A stretch of DNA of 64,000 nucleotides, taken from the NCBI GenBank assembly GCA_963666985.2, contig CAXXIA010000001.1:1-64000 (forward strand), given 5' to 3'. Shown in pieces: positions 51,691 to 61,161 of the stretch. The notes below the pieces were generated by a model, which was not told the origin of the DNA, searched no databases, and saw nothing but the letters and a program-made list of their open reading frames with translations. How positions within the stretch are numbered: the first letter of the stretch is position 1; the number at the start of each line of letters is the position of its first letter. This DNA is from Spirochaetia bacterium. GTDB taxonomy: Bacteria; Spirochaetota; Spirochaetia; DSM-2461. The position numbers and the translations under genes are program-made.

Positions 51691-51763
51691 CTCCCCCGGA
51701 CAGACTCGAACTGCCGACCTAGTGGTTAACAGCCACCCGCTCTACCAACTGAGCTACAGGGGA
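51691..51763 (-). tRNA. tRNA-Asn (GTT), CCA not encoded
   Basis: TCCCCTGTAGCTCAGTTGGTAGAGCGGGTGGCTGTTAACCACTAGGTCGGCAGTTCGAGTCTGTCCGGGGGAG folds into a cloverleaf with anticodon GTT and a GTTCGA T-loop. Confidence 0.96.
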
Positions 51764-51959
51764 ATGACGTGATGCCGAATATATCGAAATCCCGAATTCG
51801 TGTCAACACAATCATGTTCAATAGCTCGATTTCCCTTGCAGGGAAGGATTAAGCCCCCCTGCATGCGAGCCGTTTCGTCCTATATCCGGCCGGTATTTCC
51901 GGAGAAGCGCAAAAGCGGTTAACCGCGGACGCTTTCCGCCGGATCATCTTTTTTTTCGG

Positions 51960-52316
51960 TTAAGAAACTCCAAGCTCTTCTTTGATAATTTTCTCAAATG
52001 TCGCCTTTGGAAGAGCTCCCGCAGCCATTTGAGGCTGCCCCTCAACGGGAATAAACAGAATGGAGGGAATGCTTTGGATACCGAAGGCTCCCGCGAGTTC
52101 CTGCTGTTCCTCGGTATTGACTTTCCAGACATTCAGTTTACCGGCATATTCTTCGGAAAGCTGTTCGATAATGGGCGCCACCATTTTACAGGGCCCGCAC
52201 CAGTCGGCGTAGAAGTCGATGATTCCGGGGATATCGCCTTTATAGTTCCATTCCTTTTCCGCTGTATAGTCGAAAACCTTTTCTTTGAACGTTTCGACGG
52301 TCAGATGTTCGGCCAT
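51960..52316 (-). CDS. trxA: Thioredoxin
   Basis: DFYADWCGPCK active site; cis-Pro IPS motif. Confidence 0.93.
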   Translation of the reverse strand: MAEHLTVETFKEKVFDYTAEKEWNYKGDIPGIIDFYADWCGPCKMVAPIIEQLSEEYAGKLNVWKVNTEEQQELAGAFGIQSIPSILFIPVEGQPQMAAGALPKATFEKIIKEELGVS

Positions 52317-52444
52317 CCTAATCTCCTTCGGCGGTCATGCCGCGGTTTGTATATATAAAAATATATATAACGGATCGATTCGGCAAGACAAAGATCAACG
52401 GTTCTGCCGAAACCTGCCGCAATCCGACCGGCCGATAACGTTTT

Positions 52445-53743
52445 TCAAGAACCGAGAAAGGTTTTAATCGCCTCGGCCAGCGTTCGGTAGGTTCGGCGCC
52501 TTTTTTCGTCATCGTTCTCCAGCAGCGTCATGCGGAATCCGTGAAGTTCGCTGCAGAATCCGCTTAAAGGAACCGCGCAGATGCCGGTGGCGCCAAGAAG
52601 CCAGTAGACGAACCGTTTGTCGGGGGCGACTCCGGCGGCGATTTCCGCAACCTTTTTTTCCACGGCCGGAATGGGACAGGGCGGAAGCGGATGATTCACC
52701 GGAAGTTCCTTGTCGAATACGACCGTCAGGTAGAAGGCTCCGCTGGGTTTGATGCAGGTGATTCCCTGAACGCCTTTGAGGATGGAAATCACTTCATCCG
52801 CCCTGTCGGAGAACATGGCGGCGCGGCGTTCCAGATGCTTCGGATAACGGGGATCGGAATAAACCCGGGGAATGGCCAGTTGAGGCAATGTGGTGGAACA
52901 GACTTCCAGACGTTTGGCGTCCAGAAGACTGGTTATATAGCGCCGGAAGATATCGTCCTTGTTCTGATTGAAGATTTCCATCCAGCCGCAGCGGGCGCCC
53001 GGCCACGGAAATTCCTTGGAAATGCTTCTCATGGCTATTCCCGGGACATCTCCGATGACTTCGCTGAGCGCCGCGGTGTTGATTCCCGGATAAACAATGT
53101 TCGCATAGGTTTCGTCCGCCAGGACGAAAAGGTCGAACTTTCGGGCTATATCGACGATGCCTTCAAGGATGGGACGGGGATAAACCGCTCCGGTGGGATT
53201 GTCCGGGTTGATCAAAAGGATGCCCGCTATCGAGTCGTTATAGCGCGCTTTCATCCTGATGTCGTCCAAATCCGGAAGCCAGCCGTTGTTCGGGTCCAGC
53301 CGGTAGGTTAAATGCTCATAACCCGAATGAGAGGCCTCGGCCGAGGAAAGCGTGGAATAAGCGGGGGATGGGCCCAGAACGCGCGCCTCTCTTCTCAGAT
53401 GAGCGAACAGGGTGGATACGGCGTCTCCCAATCCGTTGAAGAACAGAATGTCGTCCTCGCCGATGGCGGTTCCTCCGCGCTTGTTGACAACCTCGGCCAG
53501 AAAAGAGCGGGTTTCGGCATCGCCCGCCGAAGCCGTGTAGCCGTATGTTATATCTTCGTTAACCAGTCCGGTCACGATTTCTTTAATCCAATCCGGCATC
53601 GGCTCGCCTTTATGGATGGGATCGCCGATATTCTCCAGGATGATTTCCGTGCCCATGGCCGCGAAAGTCTGCGCCGTTTTTACGATTTCCCGGATTTCAT
53701 AGCGGAGCTGACCCGCCCCCTCGTGCACGATGTCTCGTCTCAT
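52445..53743 (-). CDS. Class I/II PLP-dependent aminotransferase, AlaA/AlaT-like
   Basis: N-terminal YEIR...ENIGDP, resembling AlaA YDIR...LNIGNP. INPDNPTG, LADETY and SISKEFPWPGARCGW motifs. ATG at 53743 with AAGGAAGGA RBS. Confidence 0.85.
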   Translation of the reverse strand: MRRDIVHEGAGQLRYEIREIVKTAQTFAAMGTEIILENIGDPIHKGEPMPDWIKEIVTGLVNEDITYGYTASAGDAETRSFLAEVVNKRGGTAIGEDDILFFNGLGDAVSTLFAHLRREARVLGPSPAYSTLSSAEASHSGYEHLTYRLDPNNGWLPDLDDIRMKARYNDSIAGILLINPDNPTGAVYPRPILEGIVDIARKFDLFVLADETYANIVYPGINTAALSEVIGDVPGIAMRSISKEFPWPGARCGWMEIFNQNKDDIFRRYITSLLDAKRLEVCSTTLPQLAIPRVYSDPRYPKHLERRAAMFSDRADEVISILKGVQGITCIKPSGAFYLTVVFDKELPVNHPLPPCPIPAVEKKVAEIAAGVAPDKRFVYWLLGATGICAVPLSGFCSELHGFRMTLLENDDEKRRRTYRTLAEAIKTFLGS

Positions 53744-53800
53744 GTTTCCTTCCTTAAGATCCATGACCGCGGCCGTCCGATGCTTGCTTCGGCCGGGCAT

Positions 53801-53882
53801 AAAAAAAGACCGCGGCCGTCGGAACGTCGGCTACGGTCTGAATTTCTTAAAACTCACCGCAGCCCTATATGGCGGCCGCGGC
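53801..53882 (-). promoter_or_regulatory. Transcription attenuator (segments 1-4 plus U-tract)
   Basis: Mutually exclusive pairings GCCGCGGCC:GGCUGCGGU (1:2), GGCUGCGGU:ACCGUAGCC (2:3) and AGACCGUAGCCG:CGGCCGCGGUCU plus U-tract (3:4). Confidence 0.8.
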
Positions 53883-53924
53883 GGCGGCGAATAGAGATCT
53901 TATAGATCGTTGATTCTCCGTCAT
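53865..53924 (-). CDS. Poly-Ala leader peptide MTENQRSIRSLFAAAAAAI
   Basis: Read manually: ATG 53924 to TAG 53865, with GCC GCC GCC GCG GCC GCC just before ATA TAG. Confidence 0.8.
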   Translation of the reverse strand: MTENQRSIRSLFAAAAAAI

Positions 53925-53930
53925 GTGCAC

Positions 53931-53959
53931 ACCATACAGGCGGGCGGCCTATGGGTCAA
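53931..53959 (-). promoter_or_regulatory. Sigma70-type promoter for the leader/aminotransferase (leaderless start)
   Basis: TTGACC-17 nt-TATGGT, then 6 nt (GTGCAC) and the leader ATG. Confidence 0.65.
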
Positions 53960-54100
53960 GAGAAAGGTGTGCCGGCCGATCCGATATTATTCAGATCCTC
54001 ATTTTCCGAATGAAACGGGAAATTGCGGGAATCGCCGCGTAAATCCGTAAAGCCGGGAATCGCGCGAAGCTCAAAGGAATCGGCTCAATGGGAAATAAAT

Positions 54101-54194
54101 AATGCAATCCCGCATTAAACGGTGATGCGGCAATGCATTAAAAATCTCTTTTACCGCCTTTAAACGGCTCTTTTGCTCAGGCACGTTTTTTGCA
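54101..54194 (+). promoter_or_regulatory. Sigma54 (-24/-12) promoter with upstream activator sites
   Basis: aGGCACGttttTTGCa (GG at 54180, N10, GC at 54192). Upstream inverted pair AATGCAATCCCGCATT / GATGCGGCAATGCATT at 54101-54139. Confidence 0.75.
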
Positions 54195-54222
54195 TTATGC
54201 GGCATGACCATAGGAGGAATCC

Positions 54223-55065
54223 ATGAGCGATCTGAAGACAAAGACGATTATCACTGTGGCGCCGACCGGTGCATGGCCCGGTAAAAAAGACAATCCGGCG
54301 ATTCCGTTGACTCCCGCGGAAATCGCCGATGATGTTGTTGCCTGCCGGAAATCCGGAGCGGCCGTTGCCCATCTGCATATGCGAAACGATGAGGGAAAGG
54401 GCAGTATGGACAAGGGCAAGTTCATCGAAACGGTAAAGCGAATCCGTGATCGGTGCGATATTGTACTGAATCTCACCACATCCGGCGATTTGGATGCCAC
54501 CGATGAAACACGTATGGCTCACTTCATCGAATTGAAGCCGGAATTCGCGTCATACGACTGCGGTTCAATGAACTGGCTGCACAGCAGTTTGTTCCTGAAT
54601 CATCCGAAATTTCTGGAAAACCTTGCCGTCGCGATGAAAGAGAACGGCGTAAAACCCGAAATAGAAGTTTTCGACGCGAGTTTTCTGTATAACGCCCTGT
54701 ATTACGAGAAGAAAGGATTTTTGCAGGCTCCGCTGCACTTTCAGTTTGTGCTCGGAGCGGCGGGCGGAATCGCCGCCACGGTAGAGAATCTGGTTTTCTT
54801 AAAGAGCCTGCTGCCTCCGGGGGCCACATGGTCCGCGTTCGGGATAGGACGCGGGCATCTGCCCATTTTGCTGACCACGATTGCCTTGGGCGGGCATGTC
54901 CGCGTGGGGATGGAAGATAACGTTCTTTACGCCAAAGACCGCTTGGCCTCATCCAACAGCGAATTTGTCGAACGAACGGTCCGAATCCTGGCCGAAGCGA
55001 ACAGAGAGCCCGCTACACCCGAGGAAGCCCGGGAAATCCTGGGCGTGAAGCGGAGAGCCTCATGA
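54223..55065 (+). CDS. Beta-keto acid cleavage enzyme (BKACE/Kce, DUF849 family)
   Basis: IITVAPTGA, PLTPAEIA, AHLHMR, KPEIEVFD, GGHVRVGMEDN and ATPEEAREIL motifs. Confidence 0.92.
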   Translation: MSDLKTKTIITVAPTGAWPGKKDNPAIPLTPAEIADDVVACRKSGAAVAHLHMRNDEGKGSMDKGKFIETVKRIRDRCDIVLNLTTSGDLDATDETRMAHFIELKPEFASYDCGSMNWLHSSLFLNHPKFLENLAVAMKENGVKPEIEVFDASFLYNALYYEKKGFLQAPLHFQFVLGAAGGIAATVENLVFLKSLLPPGATWSAFGIGRGHLPILLTTIALGGHVRVGMEDNVLYAKDRLASSNSEFVERTVRILAEANREPATPEEAREILGVKRRAS

Positions 55066-56033
55066 TTCGCACGGTGGGTGTTCTCGGTGCGGGAACCATG
55101 GGGCACGGCATCGCCGAAGCCTTCGCGATTCACGGATATCCGGTCAATCTTTATGAACCGAATTCGGCGATTCTCGGGAGCGTGAAAGATGTTATCGGCG
55201 ACGAGCTCCGGCTTCTGGCCCGCGAAGAGGTGATTGAGGAATCGGCCGTTTCCGATATTTTGGATCGAATCACTCTCTTCGATAATCTTGAAGATGCACT
55301 CCGGGACAGGGATTACGTTATCGAAGCGGCGCCGGAACGCATCGAAATAAAGAAAGAACTTTTTAAGCGAATGGACGATGCTTGTCCGGCCGAATGCATT
55401 CTGGCCAGCAACACATCCAGTTTGAAGCTGATGGATATGGCCGAGGATCTTCCGGAAGAACGGAAGAAGAGAATGATGGTTTGTCATTGGTACAATCCCG
55501 GCCATATCATGCCCATCGCCGAGCTGTCGTTTTTCGGCAACATGCCGGAATCACTCTATAACGAAGTTCGGGATCTCTACCGTTCCATCGGAAAACAGCC
55601 GGTGAAGGTTCTGAAGGATATTCCCGGTCTTTTGGCCAACCGCATTCAGCAGGCCGTGGCTCGGGAAGTGTTCTCTCTGATTGAGATGGGAGCGGCATCT
55701 CCTGAAGACATCGACAAGGCTCTTATTTTCGGACCGGCATTTCGATATGCAACGTCCGGCCAGCTTGAAATCGCGGATTTCGGCGGTTTGGATATTTGGG
55801 CCGTTGTCGGCGACAACCTTCTGGCGGTTATGGACAACAGCCGCCGGGCGAATCAGCTCATTAAACGACAGGTAGAGGAGGGCAAACTCGGACTGAAAAG
55901 CGGAGAAGGTTTTTTCACCTATCCCGAGGATCGTAAAGCGGACATCCGGGAGCGTTATATGCTGAGACTTATCCATCAGCTTAAGGCTTCGGATTATTAT
56001 GTAACTTCTCATAATGAAAAGGAGAAATCATGA
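55062..56033 (+). CDS. 3-hydroxyacyl(-CoA) dehydrogenase family protein
   Basis: GAGTMGHG, EAAPERIEIK, ASNTSS, HWYNP and GKLGLKSGEGFF motifs. Confidence 0.9.
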   Translation: MIRTVGVLGAGTMGHGIAEAFAIHGYPVNLYEPNSAILGSVKDVIGDELRLLAREEVIEESAVSDILDRITLFDNLEDALRDRDYVIEAAPERIEIKKELFKRMDDACPAECILASNTSSLKLMDMAEDLPEERKKRMMVCHWYNPGHIMPIAELSFFGNMPESLYNEVRDLYRSIGKQPVKVLKDIPGLLANRIQQAVAREVFSLIEMGAASPEDIDKALIFGPAFRYATSGQLEIADFGGLDIWAVVGDNLLAVMDNSRRANQLIKRQVEEGKLGLKSGEGFFTYPEDRKADIRERYMLRLIHQLKASDYYVTSHNEKEKS

Positions 56034-57403
56034 CAGCTGCTGCAGCAAAAAAGGAGAAGACGGGAACACCGTTGTGGCGCCTTTCGAAAAAATTCAATTT
56101 CGCGGCGGACAAGGTTATTCCGGAGTCCTTCGTCTTCTGTATCATCCTGACGTTTATTGTCTTTATCTTGGCTTTGATTTTCACCAAGTCGGGACCGATG
56201 AATCTCATTACCTTCTGGTTCAATGGTTTGTGGTCCATGATCGGTTTCGCTTTCCAGATGACCATCATGGTTGTTCTGACCAGCATGGCCGCCAAGTCGC
56301 CCCAATTGGAGAAGATCCTTTCGAAAGTGGCCGCCGCGCCGAAGACTCCCGCCGCCGCTTATGCGGTTCTTATCATCTTCGCCACCGTCGCCAGCTGGAT
56401 TAACTGGGCTTTCGGAACCATCCTTTCTCCCGTTCTTGCCATGTACCTCTCCAAGAACATCAAGAAGGTCCATTTCCCTCTGATGATCGCCGCGGGATAC
56501 GCCTGTATGGTAATGATTCAGCCGATCTGTCCGAGCATCTCCGCCGTGGCGCTGCTGGCCTCTCCGGATCATTTCATGGTGGATAAGATCGGTGTTCTGC
56601 CCGTTTCATCGACCGCGTTCAATCCCCTGGGCCTTATCATGGTCGGCGTTCTTTTCGTCGTAACCCTTATCGTCACCATTCGTACGATACCGCCGGACGA
56701 TGAGCTGGTGGAATTCACCGGTGATATTCGAACCGGAAATGATGTATTCAATGAAAAGGGAGAAATTATTACTCTCGCCGACAGGATGAACAGCAGCCGC
56801 ATCATCATGCTGATTACGGCCCTCATCGGAACCGCCTATATCGTTTTCCATGCCGTAAAAGGTCAAAGCTTGTCGCTGAACTTCATCATTTTCCTGTTTC
56901 TCATTTTGGATCTCTACCTTTACAAAACTCCCAAAGGTTTCATAGACGGTGTGAAGGAAAACATGCACCTGGCCACAAACGTTATGATTCAGTTCCCCTT
57001 CTACGGAGGCATTATGGGCGTTATGGCTTCCTCCGGACTGACCATGGTGCTGGCCAACGGTCTTGTGTTCCTTTCTTCCGAGAAAACCATCTACTGGGCG
57101 TCTTATGTCTCGGCTTCCATCGTCAACCTGTTTGTACCTTCCCAGGGCGGTCAGTGGATTGTACAGGGGCCCATCCTCGTGGAAGCGGCCAAATCCTTCA
57201 ACGCCCATATGCCCTCCATCGTTACGGCTTTCATGCTGGGAGATGAGGCCACCAACCTTATTCAGCCTCTCTACATTATTCCCGCTTTGGCTCTGGTGGA
57301 TATGAAGCTGAAAACGGCCTGGGGATTTATGGCCTTCATCTGGTTTATCTGGTTTATCGTAACCACCATCGGACTTCTCGTTCTGCCCATGATTCTTCTT
57401 TGA
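56030..57403 (+). CDS. Short-chain fatty acid transporter (AtoE-like)
   Basis: IPESFVF, FAFQM, QFPFYGGIMG, NLFVPSQGGQW and NLIQP motifs. Confidence 0.85.
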   Translation: MTAAAAKKEKTGTPLWRLSKKFNFAADKVIPESFVFCIILTFIVFILALIFTKSGPMNLITFWFNGLWSMIGFAFQMTIMVVLTSMAAKSPQLEKILSKVAAAPKTPAAAYAVLIIFATVASWINWAFGTILSPVLAMYLSKNIKKVHFPLMIAAGYACMVMIQPICPSISAVALLASPDHFMVDKIGVLPVSSTAFNPLGLIMVGVLFVVTLIVTIRTIPPDDELVEFTGDIRTGNDVFNEKGEIITLADRMNSSRIIMLITALIGTAYIVFHAVKGQSLSLNFIIFLFLILDLYLYKTPKGFIDGVKENMHLATNVMIQFPFYGGIMGVMASSGLTMVLANGLVFLSSEKTIYWASYVSASIVNLFVPSQGGQWIVQGPILVEAAKSFNAHMPSIVTAFMLGDEATNLIQPLYIIPALALVDMKLKTAWGFMAFIWFIWFIVTTIGLLVLPMILL

Positions 57404-57418
57404 TTCCAAGATCAATCG

Positions 57419-57475
57419 AACCTTCCGATTTTCGTCCCCCTTTCATTAAGGGGACGGAACGGAAGGTTTTTCTTT
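57419..57475 (+). terminator. Terminator after the BKACE operon
   Basis: AACCTTCCG...CGTCCCC...GGGGACG...CGGAAGGTT followed by a T-rich tail. Confidence 0.65.
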
Positions 57476-57509
57476 TGTCCGCCGCAGGCTTATCGTACAA
57501 TAGGGTGTT

Positions 57510-58970
57510 ATGAATTCAATCCGTGTATCGGACATTGCTCTTTCTGAGGCCGAATCTTTTGCCCGCTGGAGTACCTCCGACAGCCGAAGGATGCTCGGAA
57601 TCGATTCTTTCGCCATTGCCGATGCCGTCGGATACGGAATCTATGTTATCAACGATCAGTCCGTTATTACCGATGCAAACCGCACCTACCGGGAACTTAC
57701 CGGAATGTGGCCCAAGGAGTTTCTGGGGAAAAGCGTTCGGCAGGTTCTGGACGGATTTTTCGTCAACAGCCGGGCGGTGGCGGTGCAGGCGCTGGAAACC
57801 GGCCGTAAGGCCACCGGACTGGGGCGGCCGAAGAGGGTGGATAAGGATCTGCTGGTTACCGCCATTCCGGTTTTCGACGAACAGGAACACGTGGTAAGTG
57901 TCGTAACGGTCCTTCGTGATGTTACCGAAGAACTTCGGTTGCAGCGCCAACTCGATAAGAATTTGGAAATTACCGAAATCTATCAGCAGGAATTGGATTA
58001 TTACCGATCCCGCGAGCGCGGAACACGGCTTCTGATGGGAATCACCGAGGGGATGGAACAGATTAAAACCCTCATCACTCAAGTGGCGCCGGTGGATACC
58101 ACCGTTCTTATTTCCGGAGAAACGGGAGTGGGAAAGGAGGTTGTTTCTCATGAGATTCATAACCGCAGTCACCGGAAGGATTATCCGTATATCAAAGTGA
58201 ACTGCGCGGCCATCCCCGCGTCGCTCATGGAAAGTGAACTTTTCGGCTACGAGAGGGGAGCCTTCACGGGAGCCGACAGCAAACGGAAGCTCGGATATTT
58301 CGAAACGGCCAACCATGGGACCATTCTTCTGGATGAAATCGGGGAAATCCCCTGCCTCTTCAGGCCAAGCTGCTGCGCGTTCTTCAGGAGAGGGAGCTCA
58401 GACGACTGGGAGGTTCTTCTCCGATAAAAGTGGATGTCAGGATTATCGCGTCCACCAATAAGAACCTAAAAAAAGAAGTGGCGGACGGCCTTTTCCGAAG
58501 GGATCTGTATTATCGTCTCTGCGTTATTCCCATTGAGATTCCGCCCCTTCGGGAACGAACCGGCGACATCCCTATCTTGGCCGAGCATTTCCTGAATGAG
58601 TTCAACAGCCGTTACGCGGCGACCAAGAAGATTTCCCTGAAAGCCTTTGAAGTTTTTAATAGGTATGAGTGGCCGGGGAACGTCCGGGAACTGGAAAATA
58701 TCATTGAGCGTTTGGTGGTAGTGACAAAATCTGATATTATCGATGAAAATGATGTATGTGGTGTTCTTTTCGGAATGGCCGGCGGAACCGCCCCCGGTGA
58801 GGCCGGTTCGACGTCTTTCCAAGACACGGTAAACCATCTGGAGAAGACCCTTATAGAGAAACGCCTTAATGGAAACCGGGAGTTCCTATAAAGCCGCCGA
58901 AAGATTGGGGATGAATCAATCCACCGTCATTCGTAAGGCTCAAAAGTATGGAATTGCACGATGGCGATAA
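57510..58970 (+). pseudogene. PAS-AAA+-HTH sigma54-dependent activator with two frameshifts (pseudogene or sequence error)
   Basis: GETGVGKE, GAFTGA and LDEIG motifs. A missing C near 58350 restores PLPLQAKLLRVLQ. After WPGNVREL, an extra A near 58860 precedes a Fis-type HTH (SYKAAERLGMNQSTVIRK) ending at TAA 58970. Confidence 0.85.
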
Positions 58971-59082
58971 AATCGTCGTCTTGATATATATCTTATTTTT
59001 TTGTCCCAGGTTGGGCGAATAAACAAAATGAAGACAACTCATCCCGGATAAAATCCCGGGAATTAGGAAATGGAGTACATTC

Positions 59083-61148
59083 ATGTTAAAACTGACTATT
59101 TTTTGCCGGTATTGCCGCCGGCACGGGAGCCCTTGCGTATGCGGCTTTCAGGTCTCTCTGGATACGGAAGAAACCGGTTGAGAACGATCGTCTGGAGCAG
59201 ATTTCAGGCTTTATCAGCTCCGGTTCCATGACATTCCTGAAAAAGGAATATCAGTCGCTTTTGCCTTTTGTTTTGGTCGTGGCCGGATTCCTTTACATAG
59301 GGAATGACGGTCCCATTCGGTATCAATCGATATCGTTCCTGAGCCGGTGCCTTTACCAGCGCTTTGGCCGGTTTTATCGGTATGCGGGTGGCGACGATGT
59401 CCAACAGCAGAACCACGCATGCGGCTCTTGGAGGAATCGACTCCGCGCTTTCTGTTTCTTTTGCGGGAGGATCGGTTATCGGTATGAGTGTCGTGGGGCT
59501 GGTTCTTTTCGGGATGGCGGCGACTCTCTGGGCATCCACCGCCGCATTCGGAATATCCGAAGTGGTTATGGGTGAGGTTGTGATGCCGATTTTGAGCGGA
59601 TTCAGCCTGGGCGCCTCCCTCCATCGCCCTTTTTGCACGTCTCGGCGGTGGAATTTTCACCAAGGCCGCGGATGTCGGAGCCGATCTGGTTGGTAAGGTG
59701 GAAGCCGGCATTCCGGAAGACGACCCGCGGAATCCCGCTACCATCGCGGATAACGTCGGTGATAATGTTGGGGATGTTGCAGGCATGGGGGCCGACCTTT
59801 TTGAATCCTTCGTGGGTTCTCTTCTGGGAGCCATGATTCTTGCCTTTTGCCGTCGGCTCGTCTCTTGAAGAAAAGTTCAAGCTGATGGCTATTCCGATCA
59901 TTCTTGGAGCCGTCGGAGCCGTCGCTTCTATTATTGGAACATTTTTTGTTCGTACCCGCGGGAAACGTTCGCCTCAGGCCGCTTTGAATATCGGAACATT
60001 CGGGGCCGCCATCCTTTCCGCCGCTATTGCTTTGCCTATTCTGCTGGCACTTTTCGGCCGGGAAGAAACGGCCGGAGGTATAAGTGCTTACCGCATCTAT
60101 TTCTCTATACTTGCCGGTATGATTACCGGAACGGGAATCGGACTGACAACCGAATGGTTCACAGGAACCGGAACAACGGCCGGTAAAGAGTATCGTTAAA
60201 TCATCGGAAACGGGTCCGGCCACAACCATTATCACCGGTATCGGAATGGGAATGCTCTCCACGTTTTTCCCCATTATTCTTATTGCCGCCGCGGTCATTC
60301 TGGGGAATGTGTTTGCCGGATTGTACGGCGTGGCCATCGCGGCGGTCGGTATGCTGATAACCTTGGGAATCCAGCTGGCGGTTGACGCCTACGGTCCCAT
60401 CGCCGATAACGCCGGAGGTTTGGCGGTGATGTGCGATTACCCGGCCGATGTCCGGGAGATTACCGATAAGCTTGATGCCGTGGGAAATACAACCGCCGCT
60501 GTGGGAAAAGGATTCGCCATCGGTTCGGCCGCACTGACGGGTATTATTCTCCTCAACAGCTTTCGGGCCACTCTGGGCATGGGAGCCATCGATCTTTCTT
60601 CGGCTCCCGTTCTTATCGGCGTTATTCTCGGTGCGATGCTGCCGTATGTTTTCAGTGCTTTGGCCATGAATTCCATCGGAACCGCCGCCTTTGAAATGAT
60701 TGAGGAAGTCCGCCGGCAGTTCAAGGAAAACCCTGAAATCCTTGACGGAGAAAAGCTGCCCGATTACGACCGATGTATCGGTATTTCCACGCAGAGCGCG
60801 CTGAAACAGATGCGGCTTCCGGGTTTGATTGCCCTTGCCGCCCCCCTCCTTGTCGGCTTTCTCGGCGGGGCTTCCATGCTTGTCGGACTTTTAGTGGGTG
60901 TAACGGCCAGCGGCGTTGTCTTAGCGGTATTCCTGGCCAATTCCGGCGGCGCATGGGACAATGCCAAGAAGATGATTGAAGCCGGTGAAGGCGGCGGCCG
61001 GGGAAGCGATGCTCATAAAGCGGCGGTTATCGGCGATACCGTCGGAGATCCGTTTAAGGATACCGCCGGTCCGGCATTGAATATCTTGATCAAGCTGATG
61101 TCGGTTGTTTCCCTGGTGATTGCCCCGATGCTCACCCGGGGTTTGTAA
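59083..61148 (+). pseudogene. hppA: Membrane-bound K+-dependent (probably Na+-translocating) pyrophosphatase with about 5 frameshifts
   Basis: Across frames: [81 protein letters not shown] and [11 protein letters not shown]. Confidence 0.9.
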
Positions 61149-61161
61149 AAAGGAGTCCTCC

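Noticed and set aside
51481..51708. Genomic island or prophage integrated at tRNA-Asn
   Set aside because: The two direct repeats enclose only about 200 bp and no integrase is present. Reported instead as a tRNA-linked repeat or scar.
54020..54090. Three GGAATCG copies upstream of the sigma54 promoter
   Set aside because: They are short and irregularly spaced, and the word is common throughout this window.
57510..61148. Programmed ribosomal frameshifting or phase variation
   Set aside because: There are too many shifts per gene, in short runs without slippery heptamers or long SSRs. Sequence error is the simpler explanation.
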